A stretch of 64,000 nucleotides of DNA from an uncultured Chloroflexia bacterium (GCA_963823545.1 CAWGMC010000027.1:32738-96737); one strand, 5' to 3'. Positions 23,049 through 40,460 are shown, numbered from the stretch's first letter. Program-made: numbers and translations. The notes: a model not told the origin generated them from the letters alone.

Positions 23049-23075
23049 TCTTATATTTGATAAGAGGAGTATCTC

Positions 23076-23408
23076 ATGGCTAAAGGATTCAATCGTCCCG
23101 CTGGTGCGGGTGGGGGACAGGGCGGCATGATGGCGCAGATCCAGCGCCTGCAGCAGCAGATGGAGGAAGCGCAGGCACAGCTTGCGCTGGAGACCGTCAC
23201 TGCCAGCGCGGGCGGCGGCGCGATCAAGGTCACCATGACCGGCGACCAGAAATGCAAGTCGGTCGAGATCAACCCCGACCTGTTGAAGGATCTGGACGCA
23301 GAAATGCTGCAGGACCTGGTCCTGTCGGCTGTCAACATGGCGCTCGATCAATCCCGCGAACTTGCCGCCCAGAAGATGGGTCCGCTGGCGGGCGGTTTTC
23401 CGTTTTAA
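23076..23408 (+). CDS. ybaB: YbaB/EbfC nucleoid-associated protein
   Basis: AGGGAIKVTMTG and EMLQDLVLSAVN; upstream of recR. Confidence 0.93.
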   Translation: MAKGFNRPAGAGGGQGGMMAQIQRLQQQMEEAQAQLALETVTASAGGGAIKVTMTGDQKCKSVEINPDLLKDLDAEMLQDLVLSAVNMALDQSRELAAQKMGPLAGGFPF

Positions 23409-23415
23409 TGGAACA

Positions 23416-23478
23416 GTAGGGGCATAGCGAGGCCGTTTGAATGGCCTTGATCAATGAATGGTCATGCTGTGCCCCAAC
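23416..23478. repeat. GTAG-type REP-like hairpin
   Basis: GTAGGGGCATAGC...GCTGTGCCCCAAC. Confidence 0.65.
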
Positions 23479-23490
23479 CAGAATAACAAT

Positions 23491-24120
23491 ATGATCCTTC
23501 CTGAACCCATCCAGAACCTGATCAACGCCCTTGAACGCCTGCCGGGCATTGGTCCCAAGTCCGCCTCGCGGCTGGCGTTCCATTTCCTGCGGGCGGACGA
23601 GTCGCTCTCGACCGAACTGGCGGAGGCGTTGACCGGCATCAAGCAGAAGATCGGCTATTGCTCGGAGTGCTTCAACATCACGGAGGCGGGACGGGAGCGC
23701 TGCGAGATCTGCGAGAATCCCAAGCGGGATGGTTCGGTCATCTGCGTGCTGGAGGATGCGCTGGACGTACTGGCGCTCGAGCGCATGGGGGCATTCACCG
23801 GGAAGTATCACGTCCTGCAGGGAGTCTTGAATCCCATCGAGGGCATCGGTCCCGATGACATCAAGATCAAACCGCTGATCGAACGCGTGGCGCGCGGCGG
23901 AATCCGCGAGGTGATCCTTGCCACCAATCCCAGCATGGAGGGCGATGCCACCGCCCTGTACATATCCCAGCGCCTGGCATCACTGGGTGTGCAGGTCACG
24001 CGCCTGGCGCGCGGTCTGCCGATGGGCGGCGACCTGGAGTACGCCGATCAAAGCACCCTGCTGCGCGCCCTGCAGGGGCGGCAGGAGATGAAGTATGTAG
24101 TTTGGTTATTAGTTTGGTAG
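23491..24120 (+). CDS. recR: Recombination mediator RecR
   Basis: LPGIGPKSASRLAF, C4 zinc finger, EVILATNP and GGDLEYAD. Confidence 0.96.
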   Translation: MILPEPIQNLINALERLPGIGPKSASRLAFHFLRADESLSTELAEALTGIKQKIGYCSECFNITEAGRERCEICENPKRDGSVICVLEDALDVLALERMGAFTGKYHVLQGVLNPIEGIGPDDIKIKPLIERVARGGIREVILATNPSMEGDATALYISQRLASLGVQVTRLARGLPMGGDLEYADQSTLLRALQGRQEMKYVVWLLVW

Positions 24121-24142
24121 TTGTCAAAGGTGGACACCCCGC

Positions 24143-24991
24143 TTAACCAGCGGGGTGCTTCTTTTTCTGCAGGCTCGCCAGCACTTCATTTAATTCCGGC
24201 AGTGCCGGGGCACCTTTGAACCCCTCCATCCGGTGGTAAAGCTCGGCAGCCGATTCATGGAACCCGGAGGGGAGTCCCGCCGAGGCGAAGGTGGCGGCGA
24301 TCTCCTCCATTTCCCCTGCAAAGCGCCAGGCTTTGGCGGTCACGCGCCTGACGCGGCGCCTCGCCTGTTCCGCAGAGCCCGGCTCGTCCAACTCCCATTG
24401 ATCAAAAAGTTCCTGTTCAACATGGAGCTCATCCGCGGTAGCAAGCACCGCGCATAACAAGGCGGTGGTGCCCTTGGTCAAGGCAGCATAGCACATCTTC
24501 AGCGCGGAGGCTTTTCCGACCTGCTCTCCGATCACCCTGGTCTCCAGGGGTCCCTGTGAAAAACAGTCAGCGATATCCCCGGCGTGTTCCCCTGACAGGT
24601 ACAACCAGGTGCTTTTTGGTTCCCAGGCTGGTCCGCCGATGATGCCTCCATCCACGTAATGGATCCCTGCCGCCTGCATCCCCGCGCCGATCGATCTGCT
24701 GCGCTGCGGGGAGATGGCATTCGCATCCAGGTAGAGACCTTTGAAGCCAGCCTCGATCACTTGTTGTGCCACCTCTTCCGCGGCGTGAGGCGGGCAGACA
24801 CATAGAACCACCTGGCAGATTCGGCATAATTCCTTGAGCGTGCCCGCGTCGATCAACCCATGCTTTCCGGCGCGATCGCGCGTCTTATCGCTGCGCCCTT
24901 CGGATGCCCAATGCACTGCATGCCCGCCCTTCAAGGCGGAGGCGGCGATCGATATACCCATTTCCCCGGGGTGAAGAATGCCGATGTTCAT
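24143..24991 (-). CDS. NAD(P)-dependent oxidoreductase (6PGD/3-hydroxyisobutyrate dehydrogenase-like, DUF1932 type)
   Basis: GILHPGEMG, YVDGGIIGGP, ASALKMCYA and AWRFAGEMEEIA. Confidence 0.85.
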   Translation of the reverse strand: MNIGILHPGEMGISIAASALKGGHAVHWASEGRSDKTRDRAGKHGLIDAGTLKELCRICQVVLCVCPPHAAEEVAQQVIEAGFKGLYLDANAISPQRSRSIGAGMQAAGIHYVDGGIIGGPAWEPKSTWLYLSGEHAGDIADCFSQGPLETRVIGEQVGKASALKMCYAALTKGTTALLCAVLATADELHVEQELFDQWELDEPGSAEQARRRVRRVTAKAWRFAGEMEEIAATFASAGLPSGFHESAAELYHRMEGFKGAPALPELNEVLASLQKKKHPAG

Positions 24992-25024
24992 AAGTTATTT
25001 CTCCAGGTCGTGTAGAATCACAAC

Positions 25025-26221
25025 ATGAATATTACCATCCTTGCCTATGGCTCGCGCGGCGATGTCCAGCCGTTCGTTGCATTATCCCGCGGGCTCCAGG
25101 GGAACGGTCATCGGGTCACATTGGCTGCGCCGCACCGCTTTGCGGACTTTGCCGCGGAGCAGGGCGTCCCGTTCGCGCCCCTGGCGGGTGACCCGGAGGA
25201 GATCAGCCGGCGTTTCACGGAGGCGGGGCACAATCCCGTGAAGATGGTGCGGGCTCTTCGTGATTACGTCATCAGCATCGCCCTGGATGTCATGCGTGGA
25301 GCGACTTCCGCCTGCGAGGATGCGGAGTTGATCATCCATTCGTTTTTATTCACCACCGGCGGGCATTCGCTGGCTTATGCACGCGGCATCCCGGATGTCT
25401 CCATCCAGACCTTCCCGGTCTTCGCACCCACGCGTGCCTATCCGCCCGCGGCGCTCGCCTCGCTGCCCCCGGGTCCGTTGAGTTACTTCGGTCACTGGCT
25501 GAATACGCAGGTCTTCTGGCATGGCGGCAACAGCGGTTATAAGCAGCTGCGAAAACAGCATCCGGATGTTTTTTCCTTCGATCTGCATTGGCCGTTCAAG
25601 GAAAAGCCGCCGCGCCCGGTCACCCCGCTGCTCTTCGCCGTTTCTCCAACCGTTCTTCCGCCCGCGAGCGATTTCGCTGCTCACGTGGATGTGACCGGTT
25701 ACTTCTTCCTTGATTCTCCTTCGGACTTTCAGCCTGCCCCTGAACTGGCGCGCTTCCTTGAAGCGGGACCGGCTCCCATCTGTGTCACCTTCGGCAGCAT
25801 GATCCATCAAGCCCCGGAGGACATTGAGAAGTCGGTGCTGGATGCGATCCGGCTCAGCGGTCAGCGCGCGATCATTCTCAGGGGTTGGAATGGCTGGAGA
25901 GGCAGGGAATCGTCGGAGGAGGTGCTCTTCCTTGAGTCTGCGCCGCATGACTGGTTGCTGCCGCGCTGCAAGGCGGTCATCCATCACGGTGGCGCGGGGA
26001 CGACCGCTGCCGGTCTGCGCGCCGCGATCCCGAACATCGTGATCCCCTTCGGCGGTGACCAGGCGTTCTGGGGCAGGCGCGTCCATGCCATCGGAGCAGG
26101 TCCGCGACCGATCAATGTTGGAAGCTTAACGACAGCCCGGCTTGTGAGTGCGCTGGCGGAGGTGGATGACGCCCTCGCTCCAAAAAAGATGCCGCGAAAT
26201 TGGCCGCGCCATCCAAAATGA
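25025..26221 (+). CDS. GT1/GT28 sterol-glucosyltransferase-like protein (3' end may be frameshifted)
   Basis: GSRGDVQPF, HHGGAGTT and PFGGDQAFWG. Confidence 0.9.
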   Translation: MNITILAYGSRGDVQPFVALSRGLQGNGHRVTLAAPHRFADFAAEQGVPFAPLAGDPEEISRRFTEAGHNPVKMVRALRDYVISIALDVMRGATSACEDAELIIHSFLFTTGGHSLAYARGIPDVSIQTFPVFAPTRAYPPAALASLPPGPLSYFGHWLNTQVFWHGGNSGYKQLRKQHPDVFSFDLHWPFKEKPPRPVTPLLFAVSPTVLPPASDFAAHVDVTGYFFLDSPSDFQPAPELARFLEAGPAPICVTFGSMIHQAPEDIEKSVLDAIRLSGQRAIILRGWNGWRGRESSEEVLFLESAPHDWLLPRCKAVIHHGGAGTTAAGLRAAIPNIVIPFGGDQAFWGRRVHAIGAGPRPINVGSLTTARLVSALAEVDDALAPKKMPRNWPRHPK

Positions 26222-26326
26222 GGACGGGGTGGGAAGGGCAATTCGTGTGGTAAAATCCTGCGGTTGGCAGGTGAAAAAAGGAACAAAATTTTAAGGTTCA
26301 AACATCGAAAAAGAGCCGGTTTTTCC

Positions 26327-26354
26327 TTGACAAAGTAAGAGAAAAGCATATAAT
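26327..26354 (+). promoter_or_regulatory. rrn operon promoter
   Basis: TTGACA-N16-TATAAT. Confidence 0.85.
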
Positions 26355-26616
26355 CACCATTCGCCAGTACAAGCAAGTTTGATCTCGTCCCCCCAGACAG
26401 ATCGTTGACAACTGAGAAGTAGTCTCCAAGTCAGAGACACAAGCCTGATGGATTGCAGTCTGACAAGCCGATGTGGAAGAAGGCATCGGCGCTTTCGTCT
26501 GTATGGGCTTGGCAAGACAATGGCACAGCACCTTAACAACTGAAAAGTGATAGGAAGACAGCAGTGAAAGTCAAAACCAGTTAATTCCTCCGTACCTTTC
26601 ATCCCGCAAGGGATGT

Positions 26617-28127
<1,511 letters not shown>

Positions 28128-28264
28128 TAGATAAACTTGAGCCTGGCTCTTCTCACGAGCCTGCGCTCTACTTCCAAAAAATTCGCTCTAACACGGTGTT
28201 GGAGCGTCTGGTCAAGACCGATCTAAAATCTTCCTGTCACTTCTCAGTTGTTGAGGTCTCCTGC

Positions 28265-28338
28265 GGGCTTGTAGCTCAGTTGGTTAGAGCACAGTCCTGA
28301 TAAGACTGGGGTCACAGGTTCGAATCCTGTCAAGCCCA
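28265..28338 (+). tRNA. tRNA-Ile (GAT)
   Basis: Cloverleaf with anticodon arm CAGTC-CTGATAA-GACTG and T-loop GGTTCGAATCC. Confidence 0.97.
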
Positions 28339-28350
28339 CTCTGTACGACT

Positions 28351-28422
28351 GGGGATGTAGCTCAGCGGGAGAGCAGCGCCTTTGCAAGGCGAAGGTCGCG
28401 GGTTCAAATCCCGCCATCTCCA
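28351..28422 (+). tRNA. tRNA-Ala (TGC)
   Basis: GGGGATGTAGCTCAG...TTTGCAA...GGTTCAAATCC...CATCTCCA; G3:U70 pair. Confidence 0.97.
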
Positions 28423-28708
28423 CTGGGTTCGCCTGGTACGATGTTGAAGGAGTGAGACAAAATTTTGTTCAACAGCACGCTGGTGTAAGAAAAGGATCCA
28501 ACCGCCAACCCGGTCTTGAAAAGACCCGGCGGTGATGCCGGGTCGATTTGTCTCTAAGTGAATAGTTTGAAGGGTGACCGATGCCCTGGACGCAAGTTGA
28601 GAGCATCGTTCACCGGTCAACGGTGAACCAGTACCTTAATAACTGAATAGTAATCTGATGATGTAGGCCAAAACAAAAGAAAGAGTATCAATTTCTCCGC
28701 ATCACGTG

Positions 28709-31670
<2,962 letters not shown>

Positions 31671-31751
31671 CGTGGTGCGGAGAACTTGGTACTCTTTTCG
31701 AAACTACGTCATCCAGAAATTACTATTCAGCCTAACGTTTGTGAAAACGTC

Positions 31752-31869
31752 CCTTGGTGATTTGAGCGACGGGGGTACACCCGGTAACATCCCGAACCCG
31801 GAAGTTAAGCCCGTCAGCGCCGATGGTACTTGGAGGGTAGCCTCCCGGGAGAGTAGGTCATTGCCAAGG
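31752..31869 (+). rRNA. rrf: 5S rRNA
   Basis: CCCGAACCCGGAAGTTAAG, GCCGATGGTA and GAGAGTAGG; terminal stem CCTTGG/CCAAGG. Confidence 0.97.
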
Positions 31870-31877
31870 GGCTTTTC

Positions 31878-31907
31878 TTTACAAGCACACTGTCGTGTAG
31901 TACAATC
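31878..31907 (+). promoter_or_regulatory. Putative promoter of rpsU-infA
   Basis: TTTACA-N18-TACAAT just after the 5S gene. Confidence 0.5.
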
Positions 31908-32022
31908 CTGCACGCAGTTTTCGCGGGGCTTCCCAGCCCTGCATTAACATGGTCGAGGAGATGCAATCGTCCTGATGGAAGTGATCATCTGATCATATTC
32001 ACTGGTTCTGACTGTTTGATGC

Positions 32023-32053
32023 CCCTCGGCTTGGTGTGTGCCGAGGGTTTTTT
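32023..32053 (+). terminator. Intrinsic terminator upstream of rpsU
   Basis: CCCTCGGC-TTGGTGTGT-GCCGAGGG-TTTTTT. Confidence 0.75.
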
Positions 32054-32095
32054 CTTGGCAGCATTTCAACTTCCATGCGGAAGGAGGTGAATTTT

Positions 32096-32293
32096 TTGGC
32101 AGCAGTAAATCTACGCTCCGGTGAATCCCAGGACTCCCTGCTCAAGCGCTTTCGCAAGAAGGTCGTCAAGAGCGGTGTTTTGAGCACGGTTCGCCGCAAG
32201 CGCTGGTTCGTCTCCAAGAGTGAACAGCGCCGCATGGAAAAGAAAAAGGCCATTCGCCGCATTAAGCGGCGCCAGTTCAAGGATGTCGAGTAG
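32096..32293 (+). CDS. rpsU: 30S ribosomal protein bS21
   Basis: [15 protein letters not shown] and [10 protein letters not shown]; TTG start after AAGGAGGTGA. Confidence 0.9.
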   Translation: MAAVNLRSGESQDSLLKRFRKKVVKSGVLSTVRRKRWFVSKSEQRRMEKKKAIRRIKRRQFKDVE

Positions 32294-32322
32294 TTTGGCG
32301 TCGCTGGTTTCAGGAGGTGTGT

Positions 32323-32589
32323 ATGGCAAAGGAAGAAAGCGGTAGCAAGGAAGGCAAGATCAAAATGGACGGGGTGGTCTTTGAGGCACTGCCCGGCACC
32401 CAGTTCCGTGTACGGTTGGACAATGGGCACGAGGTCCTGGCTTACCTTTCCGGCAAGATGCGCAAGTACTACATCCGCATCCTGCTCGGTGACCGGGTGT
32501 CCGTGGAAATGTCCCCGTATGATCTCTCCCGCGGGCGCATTACCTTCCGGCAGCGCAAGATCTCGGAAACTCCCCCGGCTGCCGTATAG
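32323..32589 (+). CDS. infA: Translation initiation factor IF-1
   Basis: [31 protein letters not shown] and [10 protein letters not shown]. Confidence 0.97.
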   Translation: MAKEESGSKEGKIKMDGVVFEALPGTQFRVRLDNGHEVLAYLSGKMRKYYIRILLGDRVSVEMSPYDLSRGRITFRQRKISETPPAAV

Positions 32590-32615
32590 CCATTCACTTT
32601 TTCCTTATGGAAAAT

Positions 32616-32640
32616 CAAGACCCCCTTCCGGGGGTCTTTT
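32616..32640 (+). terminator. Terminator after infA
   Basis: AAGACCCCC-TTCC-GGGGGTCTTTT. Confidence 0.75.
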
Positions 32641-32653
32641 ACATTAACCGGTT

Positions 32654-33787
32654 TTACTCCCCGACCATATTAAGAAAAGCATCCACCACCTCCGGGAAAA
32701 AGTGCCTGCCCGACTGCTCGCGGATGTATTCCAGGGCTTCCTTCTTGCTCAAGGCGCTGCGGTAGGGGCGGTCGGAGGTCATGGCATCGAAGGCATCCAC
32801 CACGGCAAAGATGAGAGCCACCAGGGGAATCTCCTCGCCTTTCAACCCGCGGGGATAACCGCTTCCATCCCACTTCTCATGATGGCAGTAGGGGATGTCC
32901 ACCGCCGGGATGAGATAGTCGATCTCCGAGATGAGCCGGTAAGCCTTTTCCGGGTGGGTTCGCATGATCTCCATTTCGGCTTCGGTCAGTTTGTCCGGTT
33001 TCTGCAGGATGGAATCCGGGATGCCCATCTTCCCGATATCATGCAGCAATGCGCCCCTGCGGATGTGCCCAAGCTCGGTTCCGGTGATGCCCATCCTCTC
33101 CGTCAGCAGCATGGTCAGGTCCACCACGCGGTGGGTGTGGGCGTCGGTTCCATGGTCGCGCATCTCCAGCAGGCGTGACCAGCCTTCCAGTGCCGCATCA
33201 TAACTCCTGGTCAGCTGCTCCAGGGCAAGCCGGGCTTCCCTGTGTAGCAGCGCATTGGAGACCGCCAGCGATACCTGGTAGGAGAGGACATGACAAAGGT
33301 TGATCTCGCTGGGGGTGAACTGCCGCACCTCTTCGGTGGTCCCGAGGATGAAAACACCGATGGCTTCATCATGCAGATGTAAAGGGAAATACAGGATGGA
33401 GACGAGCTGTCTTAAATCGACCACGGTCTTCTCGGCGGGTGTCAGCGCGGCGGTCCTTGCATCCTCCAGGTAGACCGGTATCTTCCCGCTGAGTGCGCGC
33501 TGGATATGCGGGTGATCCTGGATGTACGCAAAGCGCAATTCCTCGGGAAAGTTTGGCGGTAATGGCGGAGTGGTCGCACCCAGGTAAAGTCCCCCCTCGG
33601 TCAGAGTGTAGATCGCGCCGGTTCCCAGCCCGAGCAGGTCGGTGGTGCTCTCGATGGCGATCTGAAGCACCCTGGAAAGGTCCAGCGTGGAGGCAAGCGA
33701 ACTGCTCACCCTGAGAAGAGTTGACAGTTCCTTTGCCGGAATGCGGGTGGCGAGTTCTTCGTAGGGTTCAACTCTCTGGCGGTCCAT
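32654..33787 (-). CDS. GAF + HD-GYP cyclic-dinucleotide phosphodiesterase
   Basis: LHDIGK, HHEKWDGSGYP and DAMTSDRPY. Confidence 0.92.
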   Translation of the reverse strand: MDRQRVEPYEELATRIPAKELSTLLRVSSSLASTLDLSRVLQIAIESTTDLLGLGTGAIYTLTEGGLYLGATTPPLPPNFPEELRFAYIQDHPHIQRALSGKIPVYLEDARTAALTPAEKTVVDLRQLVSILYFPLHLHDEAIGVFILGTTEEVRQFTPSEINLCHVLSYQVSLAVSNALLHREARLALEQLTRSYDAALEGWSRLLEMRDHGTDAHTHRVVDLTMLLTERMGITGTELGHIRRGALLHDIGKMGIPDSILQKPDKLTEAEMEIMRTHPEKAYRLISEIDYLIPAVDIPYCHHEKWDGSGYPRGLKGEEIPLVALIFAVVDAFDAMTSDRPYRSALSKKEALEYIREQSGRHFFPEVVDAFLNMVGE

Positions 33788-33878
33788 GATGCCTCTGCTT
33801 TGTTGTGCCGGTGCGTATTTTTTTTCAGTATAGCATAAGGCGGCGGAAGAAACCCGACCATCCTGCTGATGAAAAAAA

Positions 33879-33904
33879 GAAACGCCCTTATTCAAGGGCG
33901 TTTC
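33879..33904 (-). terminator. Terminator of the nifJ operon
   Basis: GAAACGCCCT-TATTCA-AGGGCGTTTC preceded by an A run on the + strand. Confidence 0.7.
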
Positions 33905-33930
33905 CATGCATGCAGGATTAACGGATCTGT

Positions 33931-34929
33931 TTATGGAAGCTCACGCCAGGAGTTCAGCACCCGCATGTAGTTCGCGCGTTCAAAGGCGGCGGGTTCCGCC
34001 ACCGACTTGCGGCTCATGCTGCCCTGCATCTGCTGGACGGATTCATACTCATGTCTCTGCATCCACCAGCCCAGTTCATTCAACATGGACGGGACGGCTT
34101 GCGGACCGTTATGCAGCAGGTTGGATGCCATCATGGCGACCTTTGCCCCCGCCATCATCGCCTTGATCGCATCCTGGGCAGTGTGCACGCCGCCCGTCAG
34201 CGCCAGGTCCGCCTTCACCTGTCCGTGCAGGATCGAGATCCAGCGCAGGGGCAGGCGCAGGTCGGAGGAGGTGCTCAGATCCAGGTTGGGGATCACCTCC
34301 AGCGCGTCGAGATCGAAATCAGGCTGGTAGAAGCGGTTGAACAGCACCAGCCCATCCGCGCCCGCCAGGCTCAACCGTTTTGCGAAATGCGGCAGGGAGG
34401 TGTAATACGGGCTGAGTTTCACCGCCAGCGGGATGGATAGTTTCGCCTTGACCGCCGCCACCAGTTCAACCTGTGCATTCTCCACCTCGGCGGTGGAGAG
34501 TGCGGTATCGGTGGGGATGTAATACAGGTTCAGTTCCAGCGCGTCCGCGCCGCTCTCCTGGATGAGATGGGCATATTCCACCCATCCGCCCTTCGAGACG
34601 CCGTTCAGGCTTGCGATGACGGGGATGCCCAGTGCCTTCTTCAGCGCCTCCAGGTGTTCGAGGTATTTTTTGGGTCCGAGCGCGTACGTGCCCGAATCCG
34701 GCAGGTAGCTGAGCGCCTCCGCGGAGGAATTGGTGCCGCGCGTCAGGAAATGGTCCAGTTCGAGGCTTTCGTGCAGGATCTGCTCCTCGAACAGCGAGTA
34801 CATCACGATCGCCGCGATGCCAGCCTCTTCGAGTTTCTGCGCCTGCTCAACTTTTTTCGACAGGGGTGATGCGGATGCAACCAGCGGGTTTTTCAGTTTC
34901 AAGCCAAGGTAGGTGGTTGACAGGTCCAT
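33931..34929 (-). CDS. Dihydroorotate dehydrogenase-like flavoprotein
   Basis: LKNPLVASASPL, SLFEEQI, ELNLY, VKLSP, LFNRFYQPD and TGGVH. Confidence 0.9.
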   Translation of the reverse strand: MDLSTTYLGLKLKNPLVASASPLSKKVEQAQKLEEAGIAAIVMYSLFEEQILHESLELDHFLTRGTNSSAEALSYLPDSGTYALGPKKYLEHLEALKKALGIPVIASLNGVSKGGWVEYAHLIQESGADALELNLYYIPTDTALSTAEVENAQVELVAAVKAKLSIPLAVKLSPYYTSLPHFAKRLSLAGADGLVLFNRFYQPDFDLDALEVIPNLDLSTSSDLRLPLRWISILHGQVKADLALTGGVHTAQDAIKAMMAGAKVAMMASNLLHNGPQAVPSMLNELGWWMQRHEYESVQQMQGSMSRKSVAEPAAFERANYMRVLNSWRELP

Positions 34930-34944
34930 GTGGTTTCCTCCGGT

Positions 34945-34968
34945 CCCTCTCCCCGCCAGGGGAGAGGG
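34945..34968. repeat. CCCTCTCCC..GGGAGAGGG REP-like hairpin
   Basis: CCCTCTCCCC-GCCA-GGGGAGAGGG between nifJ and the DHOD-like gene. Confidence 0.5.
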
Positions 34969-34988
34969 AAAATGGTGAGGGGAAGGTG

Positions 34989-38592
<3,604 letters not shown>

Positions 38593-38595
38593 TTA

Positions 38596-38613
38596 CTGTG
38601 AATTTTAGCACAC
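38596..38613. promoter_or_regulatory. Putative Rex-like operator overlapping the nifJ -10 box
   Basis: CTGTGAA-TTTT-AGCACAC compared with TTGTGAA-N4-TTCACAA; the minus strand reads TGcTAAAAT. Confidence 0.4.
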
Positions 38614-38819
38614 ATGCGGCATGCTTTATCTTCTTGAAAAGTGTATCTTCCCCCAACGCTGGACGTTAGTACTTTATTACATGTATTCTGATGTGACTTG
38701 TCATATTTTGGATGAGATTTGTAACATTTATTGAAATCTGTTCATGCTTTGCGGATTCAGCCGGTGAGTTGGATCCTGTTCTGACCAAAATGATTTCAAA
38801 CCTTTGCCCTGCCCTCGCA

Positions 38820-38854
38820 AAGAAAAAAGCCGCCTCGAGCGCGACTTTCTTTTC
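38820..38854 (-). terminator. Terminator downstream of the NUDIX gene
   Basis: Minus strand AAAGTCGC-GCTCGAG-GCGGCTTTTTTCT. Confidence 0.55.
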
Positions 38855-38974
38855 TCCCGGTTCAAGTCCCATGGGATTTAATGGGACTTCAATTCGATGG
38901 TGATGTCGAGTCCGCCTCCAGAGCTGGAGATGCTGATCGTTGCTGTATTCCACCCGCATGGCATCGAAGGAATA

Positions 38975-39508
38975 CTATATCTTGCTCAATCGCGAGCGTG
39001 CCAGCAGGATGGCTGCCAGTGATTTGGCGTCCGGCACCGCGCCGCTTTCACACATCTCCAGGGCTTTCTTCACGGGGATCTTCTCCACGCTCAGAAATTC
39101 ATCCGCGTCCGCCTGCAGGGGATCATATCTCAGATCAGTGGCAAAGTACACCACCATGAATTCCGTGGAATAACCGGGTGCCAGGTAGAACTCGCCGATC
39201 CTCTCCAGTTTCCCCGCCGCGAAACCGGTCTCCTCACGGATCTCGCGCGCTGCGCAGACATCCGGGTCCTCGCCCTCATCCAGCGTCCCCGCCGGGAGTT
39301 CGAGCAGGTCCGCCCCTGCCGCATGCCGGTACTGCCGGACGAAAAGCAGGTTCCCCTCCGCATCCAGCGGGATGATCACTGCGGAACCGGTGTGCTCGAT
39401 GATGTCATACTTTGCCTCGCGCCCGTCGGGTGTCTTCAGCCAATCGCGGCGGATGGCAAAGGCGCGGCCTTTCAGCAGGGTCTCGGATTTGATCAGTTCA
39501 AATGGCAT
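38975..39508 (-). CDS. NUDIX hydrolase (ADP-ribose pyrophosphatase-like)
   Basis: VRQYR, ELPAG, AAREIREETG and APGYSTE. Confidence 0.92.
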   Translation of the reverse strand: MPFELIKSETLLKGRAFAIRRDWLKTPDGREAKYDIIEHTGSAVIIPLDAEGNLLFVRQYRHAAGADLLELPAGTLDEGEDPDVCAAREIREETGFAAGKLERIGEFYLAPGYSTEFMVVYFATDLRYDPLQADADEFLSVEKIPVKKALEMCESGAVPDAKSLAAILLARSRLSKI

Positions 39509-39594
39509 GGTTGCCTACCTCTGGCAGATGCGAACGGGTTTCAAAAACGCCCAGGCTCATCACCTGGGCGTTTCGGTCATTTCATCGATCAGGT

Positions 39595-40328
39595 TTACGG
39601 GATATTCAACACCTTTCCCGCTGACAGGAGGGTGCCCAGGGCGATCCCGTTCGCCGCGGCGATCTGGGCGGGATCCACATCACCGAACAGGCAGGCGATG
39701 CTGTAGAAGGTCTCGCTCGAGGAGGAGACGGTGTAGGTGGTGGGATGGGCGCGCAGGGCTCGTTCACCGGGGAAGGTGCCGGTCTGAGGGATCTGCAATG
39801 TCGTGCCGGGCATGAACAGGCTTCCATCATTCAGACCGTTCAGGCTCAGGAGATCCTCCGGGTTGACATTGAAGCGGCGCGCGATGCAGTAGGGGAATTC
39901 CCCTGACTGGAGGGTGTACTGCGCCGGGCGACCTGTCACAGGGACCTTGGTGGAGGTCGGTGTGGTGCCTGTACCGGAACCCCCGAAGGTGGTGTTGGTG
40001 GGGACGATGGATCCGCCCGGGGGTATTGGTCGCGGTGGGATATCACCACGAATGCGCCGGGGGTGGGGGTGATGGACGGGGTGACGTCAACCGCCTCGGT
40101 GCCTGCCGGGTTTGGGGTCGAGCTGGGCTTGCCCTCTGCAATGGCAGTCTTTTCAGCAGCGGTGCCGGTGGCATATTTCTGCAGGTCCGACATCTGGTTG
40201 GTCGCCAGCGGTTTGGTGAATGGGTTGGTTGGGATGGCGGTCGCTTTGGCACCGGGATAGGACATCGTGCATGCAGACAGCACCAGCGTCCCGATTACGA
40301 TCACCATCAAGATCTTTTTGTAAGGCAT
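39595..40328 (-). CDS. LysM-domain lipoprotein with a Pro/Thr linker (frameshifted)
   Basis: Lipobox LVLSAC; LysM-like YTLQSGEFPYCIARRFNV and a second repeat IAAANGI. Confidence 0.8.
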
Positions 40329-40460
40329 ACATTTCTCCTCGTGCAATTGATTATAAATGATAGTAGCACATCCTTTCTATGACGTCAAGATTCTGCGGAT
40401 AGTCATTTTTCGAGGAGAAATATGAGAAGGATACTGAAATATGGGGAATTTTCCGAATTT

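Noticed and set aside
38666-38959. 97-aa ORF upstream of nifJ
   Set aside because: It crosses a terminator and AT-rich promoter DNA and has no recognisable protein features.
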